Below are positions 51,372 through 63,524 of a DNA stretch of 64,000 nt, piece after piece. A model generated the notes under the pieces. The model did no database searches and was not told where the DNA came from. It worked only from the letters and a program-made list of their open reading frames with translations. The DNA is from Malacoraja senta (taxonomy: Eukaryota): NCBI GenBank assembly GCA_038087875.1, contig CM075988.1, positions 27,158,001-27,222,000 of the forward strand, given 5' to 3'. Position numbers and translations under genes: made by a program. Each line of letters starts with the position of its first letter. Positions within the stretch are counted from its first letter, which is position 1.

Positions 51372-52299
51372 ATGGCGGTGAAGACTTGATGGGCCGAATG
51401 GCCTAAATCTGCTCCTATCACTTATGACGTTATGAACATCCCACCATCAAAAGGATCTACAAATCAAAGACCCACATTCTCATCTCGCTGCTACCATTGG
51501 GAAAAGGTACTGCAGTCTGGGAACTATTACCAACAGCTTCAAGAACAGCTTCTACCCATCAACTCTAAGGCTCTATAACTGCAACTCTAACTCAGCACAA
51601 AAGAGTTTGTTTAAGTTTGCGTTATGTATCTTGGCTTGCACTATTATGGTCTGGTTTACCTAGTATAACTGGTCATTTATTGCATGTTTATTTGTTGTGT
51701 TGTTGCTGCAAAGCTGAAACAAGTAAAGTTTTCATTGTTCCAGTCCCAGTGCATTGGACAAGTAAACACTTGACTTTGTTTTCTCCCCCACTAATTCATG
51801 TCATCTAAGAAAAACATCCACAAAAACTCATTCATACCCATTGCCATAAACAGCTTAAATAAAAAATGAACAATGGACAAATTAACCCTGACGCACTGTC
51901 ACTTTACACTTATCCCCAACTTTCATCTTGTCTATTTTTACAGTTTTTAATCCTTATACTTGCTTTTAAGATCTATACACACGGTGTGTGCTCGCAGAAA
52001 TCTGTGTTGTATGACTGTTTATCAGTACATTGTCCTGTTTGTATGTTGAGCCACGCCAAAGAAGATTTTCTGTTACGACAGACAATAAAGTTTTCTGAAT
52101 CTGAATCTGAATCTGAATGTCTTAAATTTCAGCTAAAATCATTTGTACTGAAGGATTAATGTACTTTCAACTGGATCAATTTTCATTTAGATTACAACCA
52201 AGGACAAGTCCAGAGAACAATAATCAAATCATGTTTTCTGAACTGATAAGCCTGTTGCAAATGGAGGTCTGAATTAATGAGTGCAAAGCCCTTGACTGT

Positions 52300-52520
52300 C
52301 GGGCTCCATGTCTGGCCAGTTGCATTTGGAAATGAGGTCCCATGTCTAGACTGGCTCCATACCTAGTCAGATCATACATCAAGTTAGATCCCATGTCTAA
52401 CCAGTTTCCACATCTACTCAGGTCCCACGTTTAGTCTCTCCATGTCTAGTCTAATGCCAGACCTAGTGGGCTTTCAGCTGTCGAGTCAGGCTCCATATCC
52501 ATTCAGATCCCATCTCTCAT
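52300..52520. repeat. Degenerate minisatellite, about 16-17-bp unit (cagg.cccatgtctagt-like)
   Basis: Recurrent ccatgtct/ccacatct/ccatatcc cores at short, regular spacing. Confidence 0.6.
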
Positions 52521-53346
52521 TAGATGTAACTTCTTTTCAAAATGTATAAACCACATTTTCTAAATGGTGAACTGAGATACAGAGAACGCCAGGCTTCTTA
52601 GTGCGTGATACAGGTGACTCCAATATTTCAAGGTACAGCAAGTAATTCGGAAAGCTAACAAAATTATATTATTGCCAGGAATGTTGCATGCACAAATTGG
52701 AGGTTTTGTATCAGTTTTATGGAGGATAGTGTACAGTATTGGCTAGTTTGCTTAAAGAAGGACGTTAAAGTACTGGAATCAGTTTACAGGTGGATTATTA
52801 AACTAATCCAAAACCAACATAAAATACCAGCAACTGTCAGCCATCTGTGGAAAGAAAGACAAACTTAATGTTCCAGGTCAAAGAAAATTAGTCAGACAAA
52901 TTGAGGCATAATTGTCAGCAGATGCTGGAATCTGGAGCAAAAACAAACAAACTGTGTCTCACATAGCAACTGTAGAGGGAAATAAAAATCAAAATATTTT
53001 GGGTTGGGACCCTTCATCTGGACTGCAATTTTTGGAGCAAAAGTTGAGGAGTGGTGCAGAATAGGCTTGGAACACAGGCTAGTCCATACAACCAACAAGA
53101 AGGCAGGAGTAGCTGGGGCCCATGGGAATTCCCATGGCAAAGCCTTTAACATATGGAAAATGGGATGAGTTAAAAGAAATGTTGTTCAGGGTAAGCAGAG
53201 TTGAAGGGTCTCGACCCAAAGTACCTGCAGTTCATTTTCCTCATTGCCTGACATGTATACTTCCTCCAGCATTAGTTTTCTGCATCTGTTGGACTAATAC
53301 CTGGATTCGGCAGATTGCCCATCAGGATAGGCTCAGCTTAAATCTA

Positions 53347-53433
53347 GAATTCAAATCAATGAATTCAGATAATTGAATTCAGATCAATAAATTCAGGTCA
53401 ATGAATTCACATCAATGAATTCAGATCATTGAA
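53347..53433. repeat. 14-bp tandem repeat (gaattcagatcaat) x6
   Basis: Units start at 53347, 53361, 53375, 53389, 53403 and 53417. Confidence 0.9.
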
Positions 53434-53794
53434 ACTGTAAAATCCTAATTATTTGACGATGGATGTGGAGATGATGTTTCCTCATGAGAACATCTAGAAT
53501 TAGAGCTCAATGTTTAAAAATAAAGAGTTGTCCATTTAGAATAGCGATAAGGCAAAATATTTTCTCTCAGAGGGTTGAGAGTCTTTCGAACTTCTTGAAA
53601 GAGTGGTCAAAGCAGAAACTTGTAACTTTTTCAAGTCAGCAAGGGATAGATTCTTAATAGACGATGGTGAAAGGTTAAAGTGGGTGGACAAAAAGTTGAT
53701 GTTGTGGTTACAATCAGATTAGCCATGTTCTTATTAAATGGGGTTTGAGTGACCAATTTCTGTTCCCGATTCATATATCCACGTGTGTCTCTCT

Positions 53795-54530
53795 ATGCCG
53801 TGGGGGCGCCGTCGAGTATGGCTGCCCAGCCTGCAGCTGTCCGTCCTTTCACCCTTTCTTAAATTTATTAGTATGTTAAAAGTCTTGTTTTTGGAAGGGG
53901 GAAACTGAATTTCTCGGTCCCTATCTGGTCGGAGTTGTGGCTTTTCTCCGAGCCGCATCTTCGCCCCTTCCTCGCAGCCTACCACCTGGACTGGAGCGGC
54001 GTTTCCTGCCACGACCGGACAGAATCTTCAGCTTCGGCGGCGGCGCAGCGCTGAAACACCATCGCGGTGCGGCAATGCCTTACCCGGGTCGCCGTGTTGC
54101 AAGCTCCGGAGTGCTGAGACCGCCGACTCCAACATCGCGGAGCTGTGGGGTCTGCGGAGCGTCCAGCCTCGGTGGCGCTGAACTTTAAACACCGCGGAGC
54201 CTGATATCTCTCGCCGAGATCGCCAGTGTCGGAGCTCCAACCAGCGCGGCCTGTGGACTTCAGGAGACGCGGTCTCTGGCAGCAAGCGGCCGTTCCAGAC
54301 ACTCCAAGCCGCTGAAGAGTGTTCTCCCGACGCCAGCGCTCCATCATCCAGCGAGAGGGCCTGAAACGTCGGGCCACCATGCGGCGACTGCGGAGGCCTC
54401 AAATAGGCCCCGACTACGGGGTGAACAAGAGGAATAGGACTGGACTTTGTTGCCTTCAGTCACAGTGGGAACCATTGTGGGGGAATGTTTTTATGTTTCA
54501 TGTTAAATTCTTCTTTAAAGTGCTGTCTTA
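53795..54530 (+). mobile_element. GC-rich non-coding retroelement (family copy D, longest; 3' tail missing)
   Basis: CpG-rich body with aacatcgcggagctg and aacaccgcggagcctg; gcgactgcggagg...aggccccgac...gggtgaacaa; gccttcagtcacagtggga. Confidence 0.6.
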
Positions 54531-54532
54531 TT

Positions 54533-57017
54533 TGGGTGACTTCAATCTACATATAGATTGGGTGAATCAAATTGGAAGGGGTGCTGAGGAAGAGGATTTC
54601 TTGGAATGTATGTGGGATAGTTTTCTAAACCAACATGTAGAGGAACCAACGAGAGAGCAGGCTATTTTAGACTGGGTATTGAGTAATGAGGAAGGGTTAG
54701 TTAGCAGTCTTGTTGAGCGTGGCCCCTTGGGCAAGAGTGACCATAATATGGTTGAGTTCTTCATTAGGATGGAGAGTGACATTGTTAATTCAGAAACAAG
54801 GGTTCTGAACTTAAAGAAAGGTAATTTAGAGGGTATGAAACGTGAATTGGCCAAGATTGACTGGCAATTGATTCTTAAAGGGTTGACGGTGGATATGCAA
54901 TGGAAGGCATTTAAAGACTGCATGGATGAACTACAAAAATTGTTCATCCCAGTTTGGCAAAATAATAAATCAGGGAAGGTAGTGCATCCATGGATAACAA
55001 GGGAAATCAGGGATAGTATCAAAACAAAAGATGAAGCGTACAAATTAGCCAGAAACAGCAGCCTACCAGAGGACTGGGAGAAATTCAGAGTCCAGCAGAG
55101 GAGGACAAAGGGCTTAATTAGGAAAGGGAAAATAGATTATGAAAGAAAACTGGCAGGGAATATAAAAACTGACTGCAAACGTTTTTATAGATATGTGAAG
55201 AGAAAGAGATTAGTTAAAACAAATGTAGGTCCCTTGCAGTCAGAAACAGGTGAATTGATCATGGGGAACAAGGACATGGCAGACCAATTGAATAACTACT
55301 TTGGTTCTGTCTTCACTAAGGAAGACATAAATAATCTGCCGGAAATAGCAGAGGACCGCGGGTCAAATGAGATAGAGGAACTGAGTAAAATCCAGGTTAG
55401 CCGGGAAGTGGTGTTAGGTAAATTGAATGGATTAAAGGCCGATAAATCCCCAGGGCCAGATAGGCTGCATCCCAGAGTTCTTAAGGAAGTAGCCCCAGAA
55501 ATAGTGGATGCATCAGTGATAATTTTTCAAAACTCCTTAGATTCTGGAGTAGTTCCTGAGGATTGGAGGGTAGCTAATGTAACCCCCCTTTTTAAAAAGG
55601 GAGGGAGAGAGAAAACGGGGAATTACAGACCAGTTAGTCTAACATCGGTAGTGGGGAAACTGCTAGAGTCAGTTATTAAAGATGGGATAGCAGCACATTT
55701 GGAAAGTGGTGAAATCATTGGACAAAGTCAGCATGGATTTACGAAAGGTAAATCATGTCTGACGAATCTTATAGAATTTTTCGAGGATGTAACAAGTAGA
55801 GTGGATAAGGGAGAACCAGTGGATGTGTTATATCTGGACTTTCAGAAGGCTTTCGACTAGGTCCCACATAAGAGATTAGTATACAAACTTAAAGCACACG
55901 GTATTGGGGGTTCAGTATTTATGTGGATAGAGAACTGGCTGGCAAACAGGAAGCAAAGAGTAGGAGTAAACGGGTCCTTTCCAGAATGGCAGGCAGTGAC
56001 TAGTGGGGTACCGCAAGGCTCAGTGCTGGGACCCCAGCTATTTACAATATATATTAATAATTTGGACGAGGGAATTGAATGCAACATCTCCAAGTTTGCG
56101 GATGACACGAAGCTGGGGGGCAGTGTTAGCTGTGAGGAGGATGCTCGGAGGCTGCAAGGTGACTTGGATAGGCTGGGTGAGTGGGCAAATGCATGGCAGA
56201 TGCAGTATAATGTGGATAAATGTGAGGTTATCCACTTTGGTGGCAAAAACAGGAAAGTAGACTATTATCTAAATGGTGGCCAATTAGGAAAAGGGGAGAT
56301 GCAACGAGACCTGGGTGTCATGGTACACCAGTCATTGAAAGTAGGCATGCAGGTGCAGCAGGCAGTGAAGAAAGTGAATGGTATGTTAGCATTCATAGCA
56401 AAAGGATTTGAGTATAGGAGCAGGGAGGTTCTACTGCAGTTGTACAGGGTCTTGGTGAGACCACACCTGGAGTATTGCGTACAGTTTTGGTCTCCAAACT
56501 GGGGAAGGACATTATAGCCATAGAGGGAGTGCAGAGAAGGTTCACCAGACTGATTCCTGGGATGTCAGGACATTCATATGAAGAAAGACTGGATAGACTC
56601 GGCTTGTACTCGCTAGAATTTAGAAGATTGAGGGGGGATCTTATAGAAACTTACAAAATTCTTAAGGGGTTGGACAGGCTAGATGCAGGAAGATTGTTCC
56701 CGATGTTGGGGAAGTCCAGGACAAGGGGTCACAGTTTAAGGATTAAGGGGAGATCCTTTAGGACCGAGATGAGAAAAACATTTTTCACACAGAGAGTGGT
56801 GAATCTCTGGAACTCTCTGCCACAGAAGGTAGTTGAGGCCAGTTCATTGGTTATATTTAAGAGGGAGTTAGATGTGGCCCTTGTGGCTAAAGGGATCAGG
56901 GGGTATGGAGAGAAGGCAGGTATAGGATACTGAGTTGGATGATCGAATGGTGGTGCAGGCTCGAAGGGCCGAATGGCCTACTCCTGCACCTATTTTCTAT
57001 GTTTCTATGTTTCTATG
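54533..57017 (+). mobile_element. Young CR1 LINE, 5'-truncated ORF2
   Basis: GDFN, SDHN, YRPVSLTS and YLDFQKAFD followed by a premature TAG at 55858-55860; KFADD; frameshift near 56500; (tttctatg)n tail. Confidence 0.93.
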
Positions 57018-57321
57018 AAAGAACAAGGTGGATTCAGGGTTACACGGGTTGTTTAGTTTGATTTACTTCTGAGAAACAGATAAACAGTTTAGCATCTTGC
57101 AATAGAATAGATTCAATAATCAAGCAGATTGTAAAGAAGTGACCTTGATCAATTGAATCAATAAACATGTAGTTGGATAAAATAAAAGATTACTCGTGAC
57201 CTTATTGCATGGAAGAATAGCACAAGGTGTCAAATGGCCTATTCTTGCTTCTATTTCCTACGAATGTCATCTTCACAATAATAAACTGAGCTAAACTAAA
57301 GACTGAAGAAGTCTTTAGAAG

Positions 57322-57416
57322 AGTCTGAAGAAGGGTCTCAACCCGAAACGTCACCTATTCCTTCGCTCCATTAATGCTGCCTCACCCGCTGAGTTTCTCC
57401 AGCATTTTTATCTACC
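57322..57416 (+). mobile_element. Penelope-like pLTR with an intact minimal hammerhead core
   Basis: agtCTGAAGA(57325-57331)agggt-ctca-accc GAAA(57345-57348) cgtc acc. Confidence 0.75.
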
Positions 57417-57454
57417 TTAAACTAAAGACTTGTCATCAGAGCGCAGACACTACC

Positions 57455-58223
57455 CGATGAATGGAGCTGATGTGGAAAGGGTCAACAGCGTGAAGTTCCT
57501 AGGACTCCACCTGTCAGATGACCTGACGTCCACGACCAACACCACAGCACTGGTCAAGAGAGCCCAGTAGCGACTACACCCTCTCCGAAGACTCCGTAAA
57601 GCAGGTCTCCCCACTACACACCTACGAACTTTTTATAGGGGGACAATCGAGAGCACATTAACCTACGGCATCACTTCCTGGTTCGGGAGCTGCAAGGCGT
57701 ACGAACGGCACCAACTAGACAGGATTGTGAAGACCGCCAGCAGGATTATTGGTGCTCCACTCCCTTTCCTGCTGGACATATACAGGAAGAGATGTATCAG
57801 CAGAGCCATCTCCATCATCAAAGACCCCTACCACCCATCGCATCAGATATTCTCCATCCTGCCATCTGGGAAGAGGTACAGGAGCATTAGGTGCAAAACC
57901 AGCAGGATGCTCCTCAGCTTCTTCCCGCAGGTTATAAGACTGATAAACGGACTTTGCCCCCTGCCAAAGTATCGTGCACCAGCCACCAACCTGGACACAC
58001 TGCAGCAGAGCCACTGTCGTGCCGCTGCCGATCGGAACGCCTGTTGATGTTTAGTAGAGTAGAGTGTTAATTTGTTCATGATATATGTATTTTTACTTCT
58101 ATTTATTTTTTACTGCACACTGGAATGGACACTGGTTGAGGAACGTTTTTTTTGTTTCCTCTGGGTATGCGAATACTCAGGAAATGACAATAAAGATATA
58201 CAATACAATACAATACAATACAA
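57455..58223 (+). mobile_element. Rex1/Babar LINE 3' fragment (different subfamily)
   Basis: VERVNSVKFLG, FYRGTIES, IIKDPYHPSH, LPSGKRYRS; gacaataaag(ataca)n tail. Confidence 0.85.
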
Positions 58224-59050
58224 TGAAGAGTCTTTAACCTAAAATTTAAGCTCTCTTTTCTTCCCACATATGTGGCCTAGCCTGCTGAGTATGTTCAGCT
58301 GATCATGCAGGTTGTTCCCATTCCGATTGAAATGTCACTGTTTGCCCTTCCACTTTAGTGTGGCTACAGGTGAGAGAGATTGTTTCCACAGTAATCACTT
58401 CCTTTGGCATTAGGGACAGTATTTGCAACTGGTAGCCTGAATCTAACTTTGTCCCTTTACTTGCACGGACCATCTTGTCAACTCTGTGAACATTTGATGT
58501 CTTCTTTATCTGTATCAATCATTTTCTCATGATCGCTACCCTACATTTCCTGCATTCATTTATTTTTTTCTGCAACATAAAACATATATGATTTCTAGCT
58601 TTTTGTAATGAAAGGTCATTGATAAACATACATTATCTCTTTTTTTACTCTTTGTAGATACAGCCTGATGTATTTCCAATATTTCTGTTTTACAGTTTAC
58701 AGCTGTTTTGCAATTATTTTGCTTTTTGGGTCAGGCAACTTTATTTGTTCCACCATGCATTATCTTAATTCCCACACAACTCACTATCCCTCGCGTACAT
58801 CCAGAGATATCTGAATTGGGAGAAATCATGCCTATCAGTCATATTTGGGTATGGAGTGCAAATTGCTTTATTTTATTACAACCACTTTTTGGCACCAGTT
58901 ATAAGCATCTTTCTCTCGCTAAGATAGTGACAAATAGTCAGAGATTCGAATGAACAACAAAGACACCTTATCAAACAAAGAGGAGGTGAATCTGTGGAAT
59001 TCATTTCCACAGAAGTTGTGGAGGCCATCAATTAATATTTTTAAGACATA

Positions 59051-59930
59051 GAGTGGGCTGAAAGATGGCAGATGGAGTTTAATGCTGATAAATGTGAGGT
59101 GCTACATCTCGGCAGGACAAATCAAAATAGGACGTACATGGTAAATGGTAGAGAATTGAGGAATGCAGTTGAATAGAGGGATCTGGGAATAACTGTGAAT
59201 TCCCTGAAGGTGGAATCTCATGTAGATAGGGTGGTAAAGAAAGCTTTTGGTGTGCTGGCCTATATAAATCAGAGCATTGAATATAGAAGTTGGGATGTAA
59301 TGTTAAAATTGTACAAGGCATGGGTGAGGCCAATTCTGGAGTATGGAGTACAATTTTGGTCGCCTAATTATAGGAAGGATGTCAACAAAATAGAGAGAGT
59401 ACAGAGGAGATTTACTAGAATGTTGCCTGGGTTTCAGCAACTAAGTTACAGAGAAAGGTTGAACAAGTTAGGTCTTTATTCTTTGGAGCGCAGAAGGTTA
59501 AGAGGGGACTTGATAGAGGTCTTTAAAATTATGAGCGGGTTAGACAGAGTTGACGTGGATAAGCTTTTCCCATTGAGAGTAGGGAAGATTCAAACAAGGG
59601 GACATGACTTGAGAATTAAGGGACAGAAGTTCAGGGGTAACATTAGGGGGAACTTCTTTACTCAGAGAGTGGTAGCTGTGTGGAATGAGCTTCCAGTGGA
59701 AGTGGTGGAGGCTGGTTCGATTTTATCCTTTAAAAATAGATTGGATGGGTATATGGACGGGAAAGGAATGGAGGGTTATGGTCTGAGTGCAGGTAGATGG
59801 GACTAGGGGGAAGTATTTATTAAAAAAATATATAAAAAATAAAAAAAATAAAAAAATGTTCGGCACGGACTTGAAGGGCCGAGATGGCCTGTTTCCGTGC
59901 TGTAATGGTTATATGGTTATATATGGTTAT
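59051..59930 (+). mobile_element. CR1 LINE 3' fragment nested in an older CR1 end (58985-59050, 59931-60086)
   Basis: ORF 59195-59806; (ttatatgg)n tail. Confidence 0.85.
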
Positions 59931-60827
59931 ACTGTAGATTCTTGATTAGTACAAGTGTCAGGGTTATGGGGAGAAGGCAGGAGAGTGAGGTTGAGGGGTA
60001 GAATTAGATCAGCCATGATTGAATGGCAGAGTAGACTTGATGGGCCAAATGGCCTAATTCTGCTCCTATCGCTTATGAACTTATGAAAAGTTATGCTTTC
60101 AATGAGGGACATCCTTGCTATGGCTTACTCCCACATAGACAGACAGATTCTGCCCAGTTCAACTATTTGTAACCACATTGAGGTTGTTGCATGTTACAGT
60201 TCTTCAAGGACTATACTGTAAATATCATGTTTCAAACATGAACCTTTCACCTATTTTCCTGTTGCAAAGACAATTAGCCAAAGTGATGCAATTTCGAGGA
60301 CAATAAAAGATTAATAGAGAATATAGCAAATCCATCATAAAGCACAACAAATGTCACAGGAATAAAGGTAGAAATCAGGCTAAACTAAATTTATGACGAT
60401 CTTAGAACAAGGAAAGTCCATTAGGCTAAGCGGTTTCTCTTTTGTCGATTGGGCTAATTACTTACCTTGTCACTGGGTCCTGCAATGCATCATACAGAGC
60501 GACACTTCCACTCCTGAAAATGAATGCATATTGTTGCTCAACAGTCCATCCGGACCGGCAATTACAATTTGTACCGAAATCACCTCGTTAACCTGTTTTT
60601 TATCTTGCTGATGTAGGAATAGTGTGCATATTAATACTTGAAATCAACATGCAGGTTTCTAGTTATGATATACCAATGAAGATGGCGTCCTCTATCGTAG
60701 CCAACTCTGGGAAATATTTAGAATAAGAATATTTATCTAATGTCTTAGTAAAGGGCCGATCCAGTCATTGTCATATACATCACGATACAATGAAATTCCT
60801 TGTTTGCATGAAGCTCATAAAAGAGGT

Positions 60828-61262
60828 TAGACACAAGATGCCTGAGTGAATCCGCAGGTCAGGCAGCATCTCTGGAGAAAAGGAATAGGTGATGTTTACG
60901 GTCCAGACCCTTCTTCAGACTGAGAATCAGGGGAGAGGGAAAATAGAGGTATGAAAAGATTCTGAACAAATCAGAGCCGGCACCGATGACCAAGGAAAGA
61001 TGGAGCCCACAATGGTCCATTGTTGTCTGTGGAAGAGGTGACAACAAAGGGATATATGGATCGAACAATCGAACTGGCAGGACGACTTGGTGAGGGAGGG
61101 GTGGAGAGAGAGGGAGTGCAGAGGTTACTTGAAATTAGAGAAATCAATAATCATAATGCTGGGATGTAAGCTGCCCAAGCGAAATATGAGGTGCTGTTCC
61201 TCCAATTTTCACATGGCCTCATTCTGACAGTGGAAGAGGCCCAGGACAGAAAGGACAGTGCT
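60828..61262 (-). mobile_element. Penelope-like element 3' fragment
   Basis: pLTR with degenerate hammerhead (tcagtctgaagaagggtctggaccgtaaacatc on -) and GIY-YIG tail EEQHLIFRLGSLHPS. Confidence 0.8.
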
Positions 61263-61329
61263 TGTGTTAAAAAATTTTGGCAAATGGGACAATCGCGTAG
61301 GCCAAGGCGACTGAGCGAGGCACGAGGAC

Positions 61330-62228
61330 TGAAAGGTGATTGGTTCAGGAATCTGATTGCAGTAGGAATCATGCAGTCCATTATACAATGATGCAAGCCA
61401 TCACACAAACCAACCTCCTTTGTATTGACTCTACATACATAGATACATAGAAAATAGGTGCAGGAGTAGGCCATTCGGCCCTTCGAGCCTGCACCGCCAT
61501 TCAATACGATCATGGCTGATCATCCAACTCAGTATCCCGTACCTGCCTTCTCTCCATACCCCCTGATCCCTTTAGCCACAAGGGCCACATCTAATTCCCT
61601 CTTAAATATAGCCAATGAACTGGCCTCAACTACCCTCTGTGGCAGAGAGTTCCAGAGATTCACCACTCTCTGTGTGAAAATTACCACTCTCTGTCTCTTA
61701 TACCCCACGCTGCCTCAGCACGGCCAGCAGCATAATCAAGGATGAGGTGCACCCTGGCCACTCCTTCTTCTCCCCTCTCCCATCAGGCAAAAGGTACAGA
61801 AGTGTGAAAATGCATACCTCCAGATTCGGGGACAGTTTCTTCCCAGCTGTTATCAGGCAACTGAATCACCCTACCACAACCAAAGAGCAGTGCTGAACTA
61901 CTAACTACCTTTTTGATGATCCACAGACTATACAGTACTTGATCAGACTTTGCTGGATTTACCTTGCACTAAAATACGGGGAGAGGACTGTTCACCCGCC
62001 CAGCTTACCCTTGAGCAAAACTGCAAAATGCAGATGGCACCACTCAACCTCGGTTGGATTGAAAGCCACTTAATGTATAAATAATGTAAACGTTATTCCT
62101 TTATCATGTATCTATAAACTGTAAATGAATCAATTGTAATCATGTATTGTCTTTCTGCTGACTGGCTGGCACGCAACAAAAAGCTTTTCACTGTACCTCG
62201 GCACACGTGACAATAAACTAAACTGACT
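61330..62228 (+). mobile_element. Rex1/Babar 3' fragment interrupted by a CR1 end (61433-61693, -)
   Basis: IIKDEVHPGHS...LPSGKRYRS-like segment and gacaataaactaaactga tail. Confidence 0.7.
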
Positions 62229-62229
62229 G

Positions 62230-62705
62230 AAGGTTCAACAGGTTAATTTCCAGGATGACGGGACTGACATTTGATGAAAGAATGGGTCGACTGGGCTTGT
62301 ATTCACTGGAATTTAGAAGGATGAGAGGATATCTTATAAAAACATATAAAATTCTTAAAGGATTGGACAGGCTAGATGCAGGAAAAATGTTCCCGATGCT
62401 GGAAGAGTCCAGAACCAGGGGTCACAGTTTAAGAATAAGGGGTAGGCCATTTAGGACTGAGACGAGGAAAAAACACTTCACCCAGAGAGTTGTGAATCTG
62501 CGGAATTCTCTGCCACAGAAGGCAGTGGAGGCCAATTCACTGGATGTTTTCAAGAGAGTTAGATTTAGCTCTGAGGGCTAAAGGAATCAAGGGATATGGG
62601 GAGAAAGCAGGAACGGGGTACTAATTTTAGATGATCAGCCATGATCAGATTGGCTCGAAGGGCCGAATAGCCTATTCCTGCACCTATTTTTCTATGTTTC
62701 GATGT
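62230..62705 (+). mobile_element. CR1 LINE 3' fragment
   Basis: ORF 62255-62581; CR1 tail. Confidence 0.85.
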
Positions 62706-63524
62706 TGATTTCATATGACAAACATTTAATGGCAACATATTTCTTATGCCTTTATAACAACCATTCAGATATTTCTGATGGGACAACACTGACAATTCCA
62801 AACATACATGCATCTCCCCCTCTCAAATGTTAAGTTTCAAAATATGAAAGTAAATCAAAATAAGCGATCTTCTGACAGTGTCAGGATGCACAAAAATGGA
62901 CAAAACAGTGGATACAACAAATATTATGAAGAACAGAAAATTACTGAAATTTGCCGCTGATGATCACAACTGTGAAGAGAAAGATAGGCAGAGAGAGAGA
63001 CAGAGATGGGAAGATTATATACAGTAAGCTCTCCAGGAGCTGATCTGCTAGTTGTGGGAAAGGTAAGATAAAGGGCACACTTTGGACTAGATGAGATTGA
63101 AAGAAGTGAAGAAAGGAAGAACAAAATGGAAATTGTGTGAAAACATGGAAAAGACTGGGGTTGAATAATAAAAGATATGACACTGTAAATTTAAATAGGA
63201 GGGAAATGAGCAACGACAAAGCATAGAGTGGGTCGAGGCTGTAAATGCTAACATTCTTTGTACTAACAACCATGCTGACATTTAAGACTACAGGATTGAA
63301 GCTGAGAGGGGCAACATTTTAAGGGGATGGAACAGGCAGTCAAAAAATAAATTATACATAATTTATTCAAGATGGTGAAAAGATAAAGATTGTGCAAAAC
63401 AAAGCATTATAGTATAACAACACAATTAGAGAAGTCTAGTGGTGCAATGTACTGCAGTGTTCCATGGCTAAGGTAGGATGAAGGTTGTACAGGTCGATTC
63501 AAGAACCTAATGGTTATAAGAAAG

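Noticed and set aside
54319..55860. 513-aa ORF that looks like a fusion protein
   Set aside because: Chance read-through from a non-coding GC-rich repeat into a 5'-truncated CR1 ORF2; non-ATG start and a premature stop inside RT.
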